This document shows positions 41,977-53,090 of a DNA stretch of 64,000 nucleotides, piece by piece. Each line of letters opens with the position of its first letter. Within the stretch, counting starts at the first letter, position 1. The DNA is taken from NCBI GenBank assembly GCA_963803465.1, contig CAWDMS010000008.1, positions 124,903 to 188,902 on the forward strand, written 5' to 3'. A program made the position numbers and the translations under genes. The notes under the pieces are model-generated. The model was not told where the DNA came from. It saw only the letters and a program-made list of their open reading frames with translations, and did not search any database. Origin of the DNA: an uncultured Actinomycetota bacterium (GTDB lineage Bacteria; Actinomycetota; Actinomycetes; Actinomycetales; Microbacteriaceae).

Positions 41977-43179
41977 GTGCGTGCGTATGGCGAGGTGCTG
42001 AGGGTCCCGGGACTCGCGCGCATCATCCTCGCGCAGCTCATCGCGCGCTTCCCGGCGGGCATGTACTCGCTGGGCCTCCTCATGCACATGGAGCACGAGC
42101 ACGGCACCTACACCGCCGCCGGCATCGTGCTCGCCGCCTTCTCGATCGGCATGGCCGTGGCAGGGCCGTTCGTCACACGGCTGATGGCGCGCTTCGGCAC
42201 CGTCACGGTGCTCGTCACGACCACGGTCATCTCGGTGTCGGCGCTCTTCTCGATCTCGACGCTCGCGCTGCCGCTGTGGGCGGATGTGCTGGCGGGCGCC
42301 ATCGCGGGCGCCTCGATGCCGCCGATCACGCCGACGGTCCGCACGCTCTATCCGCGGATGGTGCCGCAGCGGCTGCTGTCGCCGCTGTTCTCGTTCGACG
42401 CGGCGCTGCAGGAGATCATCTGGGTCTTCGGGCCGGTGCTGCTCGTGGCGCTCGTCTCGGCGTTCGGCACCGGGCCGACGCTCTTCGTCGTGCTCGTCAT
42501 CCAGCTGGTCGGCGCCGCGCTCTTCATCGTCTCGCCCGAGGTGCGACGCCTGCGCATCCCGCCGACGACGCGCAAGCTGGGGCGCGTGCTGCGGAAGCCC
42601 CCGGTGCTGCTGTCGGTGGTCGTGTCGGCGATGTTCATCGGCGGCTTCTCGGCCGTCGAGGCGGGCGTCGTGGCGACCTTCGGCGAGGGCGCGCTCGAGG
42701 CGGGCATCGTGCTCGCGGTCTCGGCGATGGGGTCGCTCATCGGCGGCTTCGCGCTCGGCGGCCGGCCGATCACGCCGTGGTCGGTCGCGATCCGCCTGAC
42801 GATCGTGCTGGTCGGCATGGCGATCGCGCTGCCGATGACGGAGGTCGTCGGGCTCTCGATCGCGCTCTTCATCGCGGGCCTCGGCACCGCGCCGGCGCTC
42901 GCCGCCTTCTCGGCGATCATCGCCGGCACCGTGAAGTTCGCCGACACCCCGGAGGCCTACGCGTGGATCGGCACCGGCCAGCTGCTGGGCGCCGCGGCCG
43001 GGTCGGCGGTCGCGGGCGTCGCGATCGATGCGATCGGCGGCGTCGGCGCGGTCTGGGTGGCGGTCGTGATGGTGGCGATCGCCGCCGCGATCGCGGCGAT
43101 CTTCCGCCGGCACCAGCCCGACCTGCGGCACGGCATCGGCGAGCCGCCGGAGACGGCGCCGGTCGAGCTGCCCCGCTGA
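41977..43179 (+). CDS. MFS transporter
   Basis: About 12 hydrophobic segments; TAGGCT 6 nt before GTG. Confidence 0.88.
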   Translation: MRAYGEVLRVPGLARIILAQLIARFPAGMYSLGLLMHMEHEHGTYTAAGIVLAAFSIGMAVAGPFVTRLMARFGTVTVLVTTTVISVSALFSISTLALPLWADVLAGAIAGASMPPITPTVRTLYPRMVPQRLLSPLFSFDAALQEIIWVFGPVLLVALVSAFGTGPTLFVVLVIQLVGAALFIVSPEVRRLRIPPTTRKLGRVLRKPPVLLSVVVSAMFIGGFSAVEAGVVATFGEGALEAGIVLAVSAMGSLIGGFALGGRPITPWSVAIRLTIVLVGMAIALPMTEVVGLSIALFIAGLGTAPALAAFSAIIAGTVKFADTPEAYAWIGTGQLLGAAAGSAVAGVAIDAIGGVGAVWVAVVMVAIAAAIAAIFRRHQPDLRHGIGEPPETAPVELPR

Positions 43180-43188
43180 CCCTCGCTC

Positions 43189-43251
43189 CTCGACGTCGCC
43201 TGTGGTTGCTCGGCGGCAGATGCGGGTCGAGCGACCACAGGCGACGTCGAG
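43189..43251. repeat. 63-bp palindromic repeat, subfamily A
   Basis: CTCGACGTCGCCTGTGGT...ACCACAGGCGACGTCGAG. Confidence 0.9.
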
Positions 43252-43276
43252 AGATCGCAGGGGCTAGCGTGGCCGC

Positions 43277-43849
43277 GTGAGCGATCTCCGCGAGCGCCTC
43301 CGCGCGCTGCCCACCTTCCCCGAGACCATGCCGGTGCTCGACGCGGGAGCCGTGCCGACGCATCCGCTCGCGCTCTTCACCGCCTGGATCGACGACGCGA
43401 TCGCGGCCGGCGAGCGGCAGCCGAGCGCCTTCACGCTCAGCACGATCGGCGACGGCGGCGCTCCGGCCAGCCGCACCCTCATCCTCAAGGGGCTCGACGA
43501 GCGCGGCCTGCAGTTCTCATCGAACCGCGGCTCGCGCAAGGCCCAGCAGCTCGCGGCGCGACCGGTCGCGACCGCGCTGTTCTTCTGGCGTCCGCTCGGG
43601 CGTCAGGTGGAGGTGACGGGCGACGTGACCGACCTGGGGGCGGATGCGTCGGCGGCCGACTGGCAGGAACGGCCCAACTCCGCCGGCCGGCCCAATCCCG
43701 AGTGGGTGCTGTGGGCGCTGCAGCCGACGCGGTTCGAGTTCCTGCAGGCGACGCTCGACCGCACGCACGTGCGCGTCGAGTACCTGCGCGGCCCCGGCGA
43801 CGAGGTCGCGACCCCCGCCGGTACCCAGGGATTCTCAAGCCGCCGGTGA
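43277..43849 (+). CDS. Pyridoxamine 5'-phosphate oxidase family protein
   Basis: P..LF..W, LST, SRTLILK, SRKAQQL, FFW...RQV, EFLQ. Confidence 0.85.
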   Translation: MSDLRERLRALPTFPETMPVLDAGAVPTHPLALFTAWIDDAIAAGERQPSAFTLSTIGDGGAPASRTLILKGLDERGLQFSSNRGSRKAQQLAARPVATALFFWRPLGRQVEVTGDVTDLGADASAADWQERPNSAGRPNPEWVLWALQPTRFEFLQATLDRTHVRVEYLRGPGDEVATPAGTQGFSSRR

Positions 43850-43895
43850 TCGCACGACCGCATATGCGGGTCGAACGACCACTGGCGACGTTGAG
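43834..43895. repeat. 62-bp palindromic repeat, subfamily A, overlapping the upstream stop codon
   Basis: CTCAAGCCGCCGGTGAT...ACCACTGGCGACGTTGAG. Confidence 0.85.
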
Positions 43896-43897
43896 AT

Positions 43898-44779
43898 CTA
43901 CAGCGCGAGCTCGCCGGCGAGCGCCTCGAGCGCGGGCAGCGGGTCGTCGCGCTGCGGCAGCAGCTGCACGCACACGTGGTCGGCGCCGGCATCGAGCTGC
44001 GCCTCCACCGCCGCGGCGAGCTGCGCCGGCGTGCCGTGCGGCGCGAGCGCGTCGACCGCCGCATCCGTCGCACCGTCGTCGAGCTCGGCGGCGGTGAAGC
44101 CGTGCGCCTCGAGCGTGCGGCGGTAGTTCGACAGCGCCAGGTAGCGGTCGAGGAAGCCACGAGCCGCCGCCCGCGCGGCCCCGGCATCCGTCTCGGGCAC
44201 GAGCCGCTGCTCGAGCGCGATGAGCGCATCCGGCCCCACCACCTCGCGCGCGAACCGCGTGTGGGCGGGCGTCGTCATGTACGGATGCGTCCCCGCGGCG
44301 CGCGAGGCCGCGAGCGCGAGCGTGCGCGGCCCGAGCGCCGAGATCACGCGCCGCGCGGCAGGCACGCCCTCCGCATCCAGCACGTCGAGGTAGTCGACGA
44401 GCGCCGAGTACGGCTTCTGGTACCGGTCGCCGAGCGCCTCGCGGTGGCCGATGCCGACGCCGAGCAGGAAGCGCCCGGGATGCGCCCGCTCGAGGCGGTG
44501 GAAGGATGCCGCGACCTCGGCGGCCGGCGACGTCCAGATGTTCACGATGCCGGTCGCGACGGTGATGTGCTCGGTCGCGTCGAGCAGCGTCTCGGCGATC
44601 CGCAGGTCGGCAGCCGGGGATCCGCCGATCCAGATCGCGCCGTAGCCGAGCCGCTCGACCGCGGCCGCCAGCTCGGGCGTGAGGAGCGCGCCGCCGCGCC
44701 AGAGCCCGACGCGCCCGAGCGCAGGCGTCGAGGCGGAGGTGGAGGCTGCTGCGGCCATGGCGGTCATCGCGGTTCCCAT
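43898..44779 (-). CDS. LLM-class (F420-dependent-like) oxidoreductase
   Basis: LGYGAIWIG, VATGIVNIW, GRFLLGVGIGH, ALGPRTL, AGADHV; start uncertain. Confidence 0.88.
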   Translation of the reverse strand: MGTAMTAMAAAASTSASTPALGRVGLWRGGALLTPELAAAVERLGYGAIWIGGSPAADLRIAETLLDATEHITVATGIVNIWTSPAAEVAASFHRLERAHPGRFLLGVGIGHREALGDRYQKPYSALVDYLDVLDAEGVPAARRVISALGPRTLALAASRAAGTHPYMTTPAHTRFAREVVGPDALIALEQRLVPETDAGAARAAARGFLDRYLALSNYRRTLEAHGFTAAELDDGATDAAVDALAPHGTPAQLAAAVEAQLDAGADHVCVQLLPQRDDPLPALEALAGELAL

Positions 44780-44853
44780 CGGTGGCGAGCGTGTCGAGCG
44801 GTCCGCTCACCGTAGCGACGGGCGACGTCCTCCCCCTGCGCTCCTCCGGCAAT

Positions 44854-44916
44854 CTCAACGTCGCCGGTGGTCACTCGACCGCGCATACGCGTCGAACAAC
44901 CACAGGCGACGTTGAG
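44854..44916. repeat. 63-bp palindromic repeat, subfamily A
   Basis: CTCAACGTCGCCGGTGGT...ACCACAGGCGACGTTGAG. Confidence 0.9.
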
Positions 44917-44974
44917 AAGAGGGCTCCCCCACGCGAGGGATGGGGCGGGCGAGGCTGGCCTGCGACACTGGAGC

Positions 44975-45802
44975 GTGCCCTCCACCCTCCCCCTGCTCGA
45001 CGGACACGCGCTGCCCGCGCTCGGGTTCGGCCTCTACAAGGTGCCCGCCGACGAGACGCCCGCCGTCGTCGCGGCAGCCCTCGACGCCGGCTACACGGTC
45101 ATCGACGGCGCCGAGTTCTACGGCAACGAGGTCGAGGTGGGCGAGGCCATCCGCCGCGCGGTCGACGCGGGGCTCGACCGGGCGACCCTCACCGTGACGA
45201 GCAAGTTCTGGGGCGAGGCGTCGCAGTCGGCGGATGCGGTGCGCACGTCGTTCGCGGCCAGCGAGGCCGCGCTCGGCTCCCCCATCGACCTGTACATGAT
45301 CCACTGGCCGCGCCCGGCGCGCGGGCAGTACGTCGACGTCTGGCGCGAGATCCTCGCGCTGCGCGACGAGGGACGCATCCGCTCGGTCGGCGTCTCGAAC
45401 TTCACCGAGGAGCACATCCGGCGACTCATCGACGAGACGGGCGTGACGCCGGTCGTCAACCAGGTCGAGTCGCACCCGTGGCTGCCGCAGCACGAGCTGC
45501 GCGCCTTCCACGCCGAGCACGGCATCGTCACGCAGGCGTGGAGCCCGCTCGGCCGCTCGCGCGTGCTCGAGGACCCGGTCATCGGGCGGATCGCCGCCGC
45601 GCACGGCGTGAGCCCCGCGCAGGCGATCATCCGCTGGCACCTGCAGCTCGGCGGCGCGCTGATCCCGAAGTCGACGCATCCGCACCGGCTGCGGGAGAAC
45701 CTCGACGTGGACCGCTTCGCCCTGCACGACGACGACATGGCCGCGATCGCCGCGCTCGAGACCGGCGAGCGCACCGGCACCCATCCCGACGACCGCCAGT
45801 GA
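44975..45802 (+). CDS. Aldo/keto reductase
   Basis: LGFGLYK, DGAEFYGNE, DLYMIHWP, GVSNF, IPKS. Confidence 0.92.
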   Translation: MPSTLPLLDGHALPALGFGLYKVPADETPAVVAAALDAGYTVIDGAEFYGNEVEVGEAIRRAVDAGLDRATLTVTSKFWGEASQSADAVRTSFAASEAALGSPIDLYMIHWPRPARGQYVDVWREILALRDEGRIRSVGVSNFTEEHIRRLIDETGVTPVVNQVESHPWLPQHELRAFHAEHGIVTQAWSPLGRSRVLEDPVIGRIAAAHGVSPAQAIIRWHLQLGGALIPKSTHPHRLRENLDVDRFALHDDDMAAIAALETGERTGTHPDDRQ

Positions 45803-46794
45803 GCGACGAGGCACCCGTGACCCACCCGACCGAGCATCCCGACCACGTCCCCGACCTGCCGCACGCGCACGCGGTCACGTGGGGCGTCGCCGAGCTGCCG
45901 CACCGCGGGCCGAAGCGCGAGCTGACGACCGAGCAGATCGTCGAGGCGGCCATCGCGCTCGCCGATGCCGAGGGCCTCGAGGCGGTCAGCATGGGCAAGG
46001 TCGCGGCGGCCGTCGGCGTCGCGCCGATGTCGCTCTACCGCTACGTCACCGGCAAGGACGGCCTGCTGCTGCTCATGTACGACACGGCGAGCGAGGTGAC
46101 GGTGCCCGGCGCCGGCAGCACCTGGCGCGAGCGGCTGCGCGAGTGGGCGGTCTTCGTGCGCGCCGCGTACGACGCCCACCCCTGGCTCGCCGACCTGCCG
46201 CCGTCGTCGACCCCGACGACGCCCAACCGGCTCGCGATCATCGAGGCGGGGCTCGCCGCGCTCGAGGGCGTGCCCGCGCCCGACCGGATGAAGCTGCCCA
46301 CGCTGCGGCTGCTGCTCGGCTACATCGCGCTCTACTCGAAGGCCTCGAGCGACGCGGCCGTCGACGACGAGGTGCGTCGGGCGCTGCCCGAGCTCGTCAC
46401 CGACGAGCGGTTCCCGCTGCTCGCGCCGGCCGTGCGCGCCGGGGTGTTCGAGGCGAGCGACGTCGACGACGGCAGCGGCTTCGGCTTCGGGCTCTCACGG
46501 CTGTTCGACGGCATCGAGCGCTGGGTCGAGCGCAACGAGCCCGACGCGCCGCTCGAGCGCATGCCCACGGCGATCGTGCACGACAAGCAGGTGCGCGAGG
46601 CCGCGAAGCTCGTCGAGGAGGCGCGTGGTCGGCTGCGGCAGGCCGAGGCGAAGGCGGCGGATGCGGTGGCCGGGGCCGTCGAGCGGCTGCGGGCGATCGA
46701 GGCGCGCGACGAGGCGGCCGCGGCGCGGACCGCCGCGAAGGCCGACCTGCGTGCCGCGAAGGCCGAGGCGAAGGCCGCGAAGCGCGGCGACTGA
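45799..46794 (+). CDS. TetR/AcrR family regulator with Ala/Lys-rich helical tail
   Basis: IVEAAIALADAEGLEAVSM..VA...GV..MSLYRYV.GKD. Confidence 0.9.
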   Translation: MSDEAPVTHPTEHPDHVPDLPHAHAVTWGVAELPHRGPKRELTTEQIVEAAIALADAEGLEAVSMGKVAAAVGVAPMSLYRYVTGKDGLLLLMYDTASEVTVPGAGSTWRERLREWAVFVRAAYDAHPWLADLPPSSTPTTPNRLAIIEAGLAALEGVPAPDRMKLPTLRLLLGYIALYSKASSDAAVDDEVRRALPELVTDERFPLLAPAVRAGVFEASDVDDGSGFGFGLSRLFDGIERWVERNEPDAPLERMPTAIVHDKQVREAAKLVEEARGRLRQAEAKAADAVAGAVERLRAIEARDEAAAARTAAKADLRAAKAEAKAAKRGD

Positions 46795-46839
46795 CCCGCC
46801 GACCGCGAGCGCCGCACGCGCCGGGAGTCCGCTCCCGCT

Positions 46840-46977
46840 TTGCGGTACCGGTCTGCGGGTCCGCACCGCGTCGACGCGCAGATCGGTACCGGAAACTCCC
46901 GAGAGCACGCCCGGTTTCCGCTTTGCGGTACCGAGCTGCGGGTCCGCACCGCGTCGACCCGCGGATCGGTACCGGAA
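46840..46977. repeat. Doublet of 55-bp palindromes (83-bp period), family D
   Basis: TTGCGGTACCG...GATCGGTACCGGAA at 46840-46894 and 46923-46977. Confidence 0.9.
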
Positions 46978-47067
46978 ACTCCGAGAGCACGCCCGGGGTC
47001 CGGAGGCACGGCATCGAGCTGACCCGCTCGAGCCGCGCAGCGCGCTACACGGGCACCGCCCCGCGCA

Positions 47068-48000
47068 TCACGCCAGTCGCGCGATCGCGTCGGCCATCCC
47101 CGCCCAGAACCGCTCGACGTCGATGCGGGTCGCGACCCACGCGTTCGGCTCGCGCGCGAGCACCCCGGCGAGGTCGACGCTCGTGGCGCCGACGGTCTCG
47201 ACGCCCGCGAGCTCGATGTCGAGCCGCGTGTGCGTGCGCTCGACGCACCCCGGGTCGGCGAGCACCGCGACCGCGACCGGGTCGTGCAGCGGACCGTCGG
47301 GCATGCCGAACACCTCGTCGTTCGTGCGGCAGAAGAACTCGAGCAGCTCGTCGCCGAAGGCGGCCGTGCGGTTCCCTGGCGCCGCCAGCCGTTCCCGCAC
47401 CTCGGGCGTCACGAGCGCCTCGTGCGTCACGTTGAGGCCGACCATCGTGAAGCGGATGCCGCTCCCCACGACGATCGCGAGCGCCTCGGGGTCGACCCAG
47501 GCGTTGAACTCCGCATAGGGCGTCCAGTTGCCGCGCTCGGTCGATCCGCCCATCCACACGATCTCGCGGATCCGGCCGACCAGCTCGGGCCGATCGCGCA
47601 GCGCGATCGCGACGTTCGTGATGGGGCCGGTGGCGATGATCGCGACGGGCTCCGGTGCGCCGAGCACGGTGTCGGCGATGAGCTCGGTCGCGGAGCGGGG
47701 GTCGAGCGGCTCGGCCGGCTCGGGCAGCGCCGGTCCGCCCAGGCCGTTCTCGCCGTGGATCGACTCGGCCGTCGCGAGATCCCGGTGCATGGGCCCGCTC
47801 GCACCCGCCGCGACCGGCACCCCCGTGACGCCGGCGACGTCGAGGGCGATGCGCGCGTTGCGGCTCGTGTGCTCGAGCCGGACGTTGCCGCCGACGGTCG
47901 TCACCGCGAGCAGCTCGAGCGACGGATGCCCCGCCGCGAGCCACAGGGCATAGACGTCGTCGTGCCCGGGGTCGCAGTCGATGATGACGGGAATCGGCAT
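47068..48000 (-). CDS. Nucleoside hydrolase
   Basis: DCDPGHDD, HGENGLG, AEFN..VDPEA, LHDP. Confidence 0.94.
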   Translation of the reverse strand: MPIPVIIDCDPGHDDVYALWLAAGHPSLELLAVTTVGGNVRLEHTSRNARIALDVAGVTGVPVAAGASGPMHRDLATAESIHGENGLGGPALPEPAEPLDPRSATELIADTVLGAPEPVAIIATGPITNVAIALRDRPELVGRIREIVWMGGSTERGNWTPYAEFNAWVDPEALAIVVGSGIRFTMVGLNVTHEALVTPEVRERLAAPGNRTAAFGDELLEFFCRTNDEVFGMPDGPLHDPVAVAVLADPGCVERTHTRLDIELAGVETVGATSVDLAGVLAREPNAWVATRIDVERFWAGMADAIARLA

Positions 48001-48138
48001 GGCGTCCTCTGGCTCGGTCGGTCCACCGATCGTAGACGCCACGGCTCGAGCCGTTCCGCGCGCAGCCCGGTGCGCTGACGCCCGAGTCGTCGGAAAGGTT
48101 GGGCTGTGCTTTCCCCGGCTCGAGCGCACCCTGGAAGC

Positions 48139-49120
48139 ATGACCCGCAGACACCTCTCGATGGCCGGCATCGTCATCGCCGGCACCGTCCTCCTGACCGG
48201 CTGCGGCGCGATGGGCGCCTCGCAATCGCCGGCTCCGGGCATCGGCATGCCCGCACCGGCGACCGACGGCGGCGGCCTCCCCGACTGGGCCGGCGAACCC
48301 GAGGCAGCCCCGCAGCCCGGCGATGAGGAGTCGGCCGGCGGCGACACGGGCTCGAGCGACGACGTGCCGGCCGAGGGCACCGACGAGGACCGCGCGGTCA
48401 TCATCTCGGGTGAGCTGAGCATGCGGGTCGGCGACCCGATCCAGATGGCGGATGCGGTCACCGACGCCGCGCAGGCCCGCGGCGGTTCCATCGACCGTCG
48501 GGCCGAGGGCGCCTCGACCGACTTCCAGCCCGCCTGGGCGATGCTCACCGTGCGCGTGCCGGCGGCGCAGGTGCAGGACCTGCTCAGCGCGCTGCGGGCG
48601 CTCGGCGAGGTGACGAACGTCGACCTCGGTGAGGAGGTCGTGACGAACCAGGTGCGCGATCTCGAGGTGCGCGTGAACGCGACCCGCGCATCCGTCGAAC
48701 GGCTCACCGAGCTGCTCGCGACCGCCGCCGACACCGAGACGCTGCTCGAGGTCGAGGCGCAGCTGACGCAGCGCACCTCCGAGCTCGAGCAGCTGCTCTC
48801 GCAGCAGCGCGCGCTCACCGACCAGGTGGCGATGTCGACGATCGAGGTGCGCATCAGCTCGACGACCGTGGACGGGCCGACGGGCACGCCGAGCTTCTGG
48901 GACGGCCTCGTCGCCGGGTGGAGCGCGTTCCTCGCCTGGGGCGCCGCGGCCCTGTTCGCGCTCGGGCAGGCGCTGCCGACGCTCGTGATCCTCGCGCTGA
49001 TCGCGCTCGTGGTGTGGCTGGTCGTGCGCCGGGTCCTGAAGCGGATGCCCGCGCGCCGCCCCGCGGCAGCAGGCGCCGGCCGTGGACAACCCGGCGATGG
49101 CGGAGGCGCGCGCGGAGTGA
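48139..49120 (+). CDS. DUF4349 domain lipoprotein (3' end uncertain)
   Basis: Lipobox LTGC; LTVRVP, VT.Q..DL..R, coiled coil, FWDGL..GW plus TM; likely stop near 49120 in another frame. Confidence 0.8.
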
Positions 49121-49318
49121 CCGCAGCCGGACGGCGCTTGACTCGCTCGGGAGCGGGTAGGTTTCTCATGCGCCGGGACCGGACGGCGCTCGCCTCGCTC
49201 GTCGGAGCGGGGCGAGCGCCGCAGCGTGCGCGCTCGGCAAATTACCTTCACGTTCAGGTTGAACCTTGCTATACCATCGGCGGAGGTCTTGCTCCCCAGC
49301 CAGTCACGAGGTTCCCGC

Positions 49319-50628
49319 TTGCGCCGCCCGCTCATCCTTGCCGTCATCACCCTTGGTCTCGGCACCGCCTTCATCGCCGCACCGCCCGCGCCCCCGGCGG
49401 TCTCAGCCGACGACATCCCCGCCATCCAGGAGGCGCACTTCGCGGTGATCGACGAGATCGCCAGCTGGGATGCGCGCACCCCGCACTCGCGCATCGGTGC
49501 GATCGAGGGCGACCCGGTGGCCGGGACGATCCAGATCGGCTGGGCCGGCGACGTGCCCAGCGAGGTCGAGGCGATGGGCCGCGACGCGCGCGCGCCAGGG
49601 CATCGACGTCACGTTCGTCGAGCAGGAGTCGAGCGGCGCCGAGCTGCTCGAGATCGCCTACGACATGGCCGCGTCCATGCCCGTCGACGGCGCATTCGCG
49701 ATCGGCATCGGTCAGGACCAGCTCTCCATCGAGGTGCCCACCGAGGCCGCGGCACAGGCCGCCGGCGCCGAGCCGATCGCCCTCGCCGGCGGCGTGCTCG
49801 ACGTGATCGGCGATGCCGAGGATGCGGCGGCCCGCGTGGGCGCGTCCGTCTCCGTCGCGCAGACCGACACCGTGCCCGCCAACGCGGCGGCCACGCCGCT
49901 CACCCTCGGCACGCCGATCGACGCCGCGACCGTCGGCACCGATCAGCACCGCGCGCACCAACGACGTCAGCGTGCTCTCCGGCGGGATGCGCGTGCAGAC
50001 GCAGTTCCGCAGCGGCACGTTCGTCGCCTGCACCTCCGGCTTCACCGGCTTCCACGGCCACCAGCCCGTGATCGTGACCGCCGCCCACTGCAGCGACTAC
50101 GCCGACGACCGCGCCGTGCGCAACCAGGCGGGCGCGAGCATCGGCCGCAGCGACCTCGTCACCGAGCTCAACGACGGCACGCTGCCGTTCGACCTCGGCG
50201 TCATCGCCGCCCCCTACGACACCCGCACGCTCCCCCGCATCTACACGGGCGACACCTCGACCGTGAACATCATCGGCACGCAGACCACCTGGCCGCCCGC
50301 GGGCTACCAGCTCTGCTCGTCGGGCCAGGTGACCGGCTGGAAGTGCGACATCACCGCGGGCGCCGCCTACGTCACCTGCTACGGCACGCCCCGCGGCTCC
50401 GAGTGCATGCACGTGCAGATCGTGCGCTCGAGCGGACCGACCGCGTTCTGCCTCGGCGACTCCGGCGGCCCGGTCGTGAGCCGCCCGACCGCTGCCGGTG
50501 CTCGCGCCGTCGGCGTCGTCTCCGGCATCCGCGGCACGGGCAGCAACTGCGCGCAAGAGGGGCTGATGGCGCCCATCTCGCAGCTCGGCACCGTCGTCTA
50601 CGGGCTGCAGCTGCACACGCTCCCGTAG
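49319..50628 (+). CDS. Secreted S1 (alpha-lytic-like) serine protease with pro-region (apparent frameshifts)
   Basis: CTSGF, TAAHC, DLGVI, CSSG..TG..C, GDSGGP; signal peptide in another frame; start uncertain. Confidence 0.82.
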
Positions 50629-50857
50629 CGCCGACGGCACGGCCGGCCCTGGAGCACCCGACTCCGCGATCGGCTCGGTACCGGGCGAGCATCTCGGGTC
50701 CGCGGATCCGGCAGCAGCTCGGGCTCCGACCGGAGCGCGGGGCCGCGCGCGAGCGCTGCCGCGACTCGGGGCTCGGGCTCGCGGCAGGGCGCTCGGGCGT
50801 CGTGGCGAGGGCGCGGCTCGTAGCCAGCGTCCAGAGCCACCCGGCATGATGGCCACC

Positions 50858-52226
50858 ATGAGCGACCCCACCCCGACCGACGCTCGCGACCTCACCGACG
50901 CATCCGTCATCGACGCCATCGCCGCGTGGATGCCCACCACCCGCTGGTACCCGCTGAAGGGCCAGTCGGTCGACGTGTCGCTCGAGACGAGCTACGACCT
51001 GGGCGACGACGCCGCGATCCTGCTGCTGCGCGCCGGCGACACCCTGCTGCAGGTGCCCGTCGCGTGGCGCGACCAGCCCGGCGGCTCCCCCATCGCGCAG
51101 CTCGGCGACCGCTGGCTCGTCGACGCGTGCGCGCGATGCGGATGCGGTGCAGGCGCTCCTCGACGTCGCCACCGGCAGGCGGGCGGTCAACGGCCTCGAC
51201 GGCGACGCCGACGCCGAACCGGCGCCGGCCGGCGACGATCCGCGTCATCACGGGCGAGCAGTCGAACACCTCGATCATCGGCGGCGACGGCACCTGGATC
51301 GCGAAGGTCTTCCGCGTCGTCGCGCCCGGCGACAACCCCGACGTGCTCGTCACCGGCGCCCTCACGAAGGCAGGCTGCGACCGCATCCCGCACCTGCTCG
51401 CGTCGGTGCTGCGCCGGCTGGCCCGCGGGCGACGCGTTCGTCACCGGCCACCTGCTCGCGGTCTCGGAGTTCGTCGGCGGGCGGCGCGGATGCGTGGGAG
51501 CTGTTCCGCCAGCACGCGCTCGCCACGGTGCGCGGCGACGCCGTCGGCGACGCGCCGGACGCGCGGGCGCTCGGCGAGGCGGTCGCGATCGTGCACCGCG
51601 ACCTGGCTGCCGCGATGGGCGTCGCGCACGCCGACGAGGCCGACACGCTCCGCTTCATCACCGGCCTCGAGCAGCGCATGGCGTGGGCTCGGCAGGAGGC
51701 CGCGGGCGTGCTCGGCGACCTGCAGGGCGAGCTGCAGGCGGCGGCGGAGCGGCTGCGCGAGATCACCCAGCTCGGCGAGCTGCAGCAGATCCACGGCGAC
51801 CTGCACCTCGGCCAGGTGCTGCGCGCGCGCCGACGGCCGCTGGCTGCTGCTCGACTTCGAGGGCGAGCCGCTGCGGCCGATGCACGAGCGCATGGTGCGC
51901 GAGCCGCGGCTGCGCGACGTCGTCGGCATGCTGCGCTCGTTCGACTACGCGGCCGGCTCGGCGCTGCAGGAGCTGCCCGACGCCGACGGCGCCGCGGCCG
52001 GCGACTGGGTCGTTCCAGCGACGCACCGAGTTCCTGGCCGGGTACGCGGCCGCGACCGGTGCCGTCGACGAGACGCGACCCGGTCTTCGTCGCGCTGCTG
52101 CTCGACAAGGCGCTGTACGAGGTCGTCTACGAGCTCCGCAACCGGCCGACCTGGGTGTCGGTCCCCCTCGAGGCGGTCCGAGCCCTGCTCACCCCGCGCA
52201 CCCTCGCTCCCCCGGTGGTCGAGTAG
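50858..52226 (+). CDS. Maltokinase (Pep2/Mak)-like phosphotransferase (several apparent frameshifts)
   Basis: W....[50 protein letters not shown]. Confidence 0.85.
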
Positions 52227-52257
52227 CAGTCGCCGAAGGCGACCGCGTATCGAGACC
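52217..52257. repeat. GTAG-type REP, family E, supplying the TAG stop of the upstream gene
   Basis: GGTCGAGTAGCAGTCGCCGAAGGCGACCGCGTATCGAGACC. Confidence 0.88.
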
Positions 52258-52265
52258 ACACGCCC

Positions 52266-52970
52266 ATGCCCCGCCGCACCGCGATCATCGCGATCACGGT
52301 CGCGGTCGCGGTCATCGCGCTGGTCGCCGCTGTCCTCCTCTGGCCCCGCTCCCCAGCGCCGACACCGACAGCGAGCCCGACCGCGATGACGCAGCCGACC
52401 GACGGCGACTCCCGCCCCACCGCCGTCTTCATCGGCGACTCCTACACGGTCGGCACGGCGACCGCCCGTCGCTGGCTCCGGCTTCCCGGCGATGCTCGGC
52501 GACCTCCGCGGCTGGGACGTCGTGAACCTCGGCATCGCCGGCACCGGCTACTCCACCGGCCGGCCCGACGGCCTCTGCCCGCCGTCCGGGTGCAACGCCT
52601 ACGTCGGGATGCTGCCCGCGGCGATCGAGGCCAGCCCCGACATCGTCGTGGTCTCCGGCGGCCGCAACGACCTCAGCCGCCCGCACCTCGAGCAGGCGGT
52701 CACCGTCTTCTTCACCGAGCTGCGCCGCCAGCTGCCGACGGCCCGCCTCGTGGTGACCTCACCCCTGTGGGACGACTCCCCACCCCGGATGCCCTGGTCA
52801 CGCTGCGCGAGCAGGTCGAGCGCGAGGCGACGCGAGTCGGCGCCGAGCACCTCGACCTGGGCGACCTGTTCCTGGATCGCCCGGAGCTCATCGCCTACGA
52901 CGACCTCCACCCGAACGAGCAGGGCCTCGCGCTCATCGCGCAGCGCATCGACGAGCTGCTGCGCGAGTAG
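52266..52970 (+). CDS. SGNH/GDSL hydrolase (apparent frameshifts)
   Basis: FIGDSYT, N.G..GTGY, GG.ND, D.LHPN..G; N-terminal TM. Confidence 0.85.
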   Translation: MPRRTAIIAITVAVAVIALVAAVLLWPRSPAPTPTASPTAMTQPTDGDSRPTAVFIGDSYTVGTATARRWLRLPGDARRPPRLGRREPRHRRHRLLHRPARRPLPAVRVQRLRRDAARGDRGQPRHRRGLRRPQRPQPPAPRAGGHRLLHRAAPPAADGPPRGDLTPVGRLPTPDALVTLREQVEREATRVGAEHLDLGDLFLDRPELIAYDDLHPNEQGLALIAQRIDELLRE

Positions 52971-52972
52971 CT

Positions 52973-53059
52973 GGTCGAGCAGCTGCCGCAACGAAGTCGG
53001 TCCGCGTCCTCACCCGCTGGTCGAGTAGCTGCCGACGAAGTCGGCCGCGTATCGAGACC
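52973..53059. repeat. GTAG-type REP, family E, partial plus full copy
   Basis: Full copy 53019-53059 GGTCGAGTAGCTGCCGACGAAGTCGGCCGCGTATCGAGACC. Confidence 0.88.
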
Positions 53060-53090
53060 AAGAGCACCGGGCGCCGCCCCGCTCCGCCCG

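Noticed and set aside
45799-46794. TetR helical tail as a novel fusion domain
   Set aside because: Low-complexity Ala/Lys/Glu helix with no evidence of a separate domain
49138-49163. TTGACT...TAGGTT as a housekeeping promoter
   Set aside because: Spacer is only 14 nt
50670-50732. Imperfect palindrome centred on TCCGCGGA after the protease gene
   Set aside because: Single degenerate copy in the window; cannot separate a terminator from another repeat family
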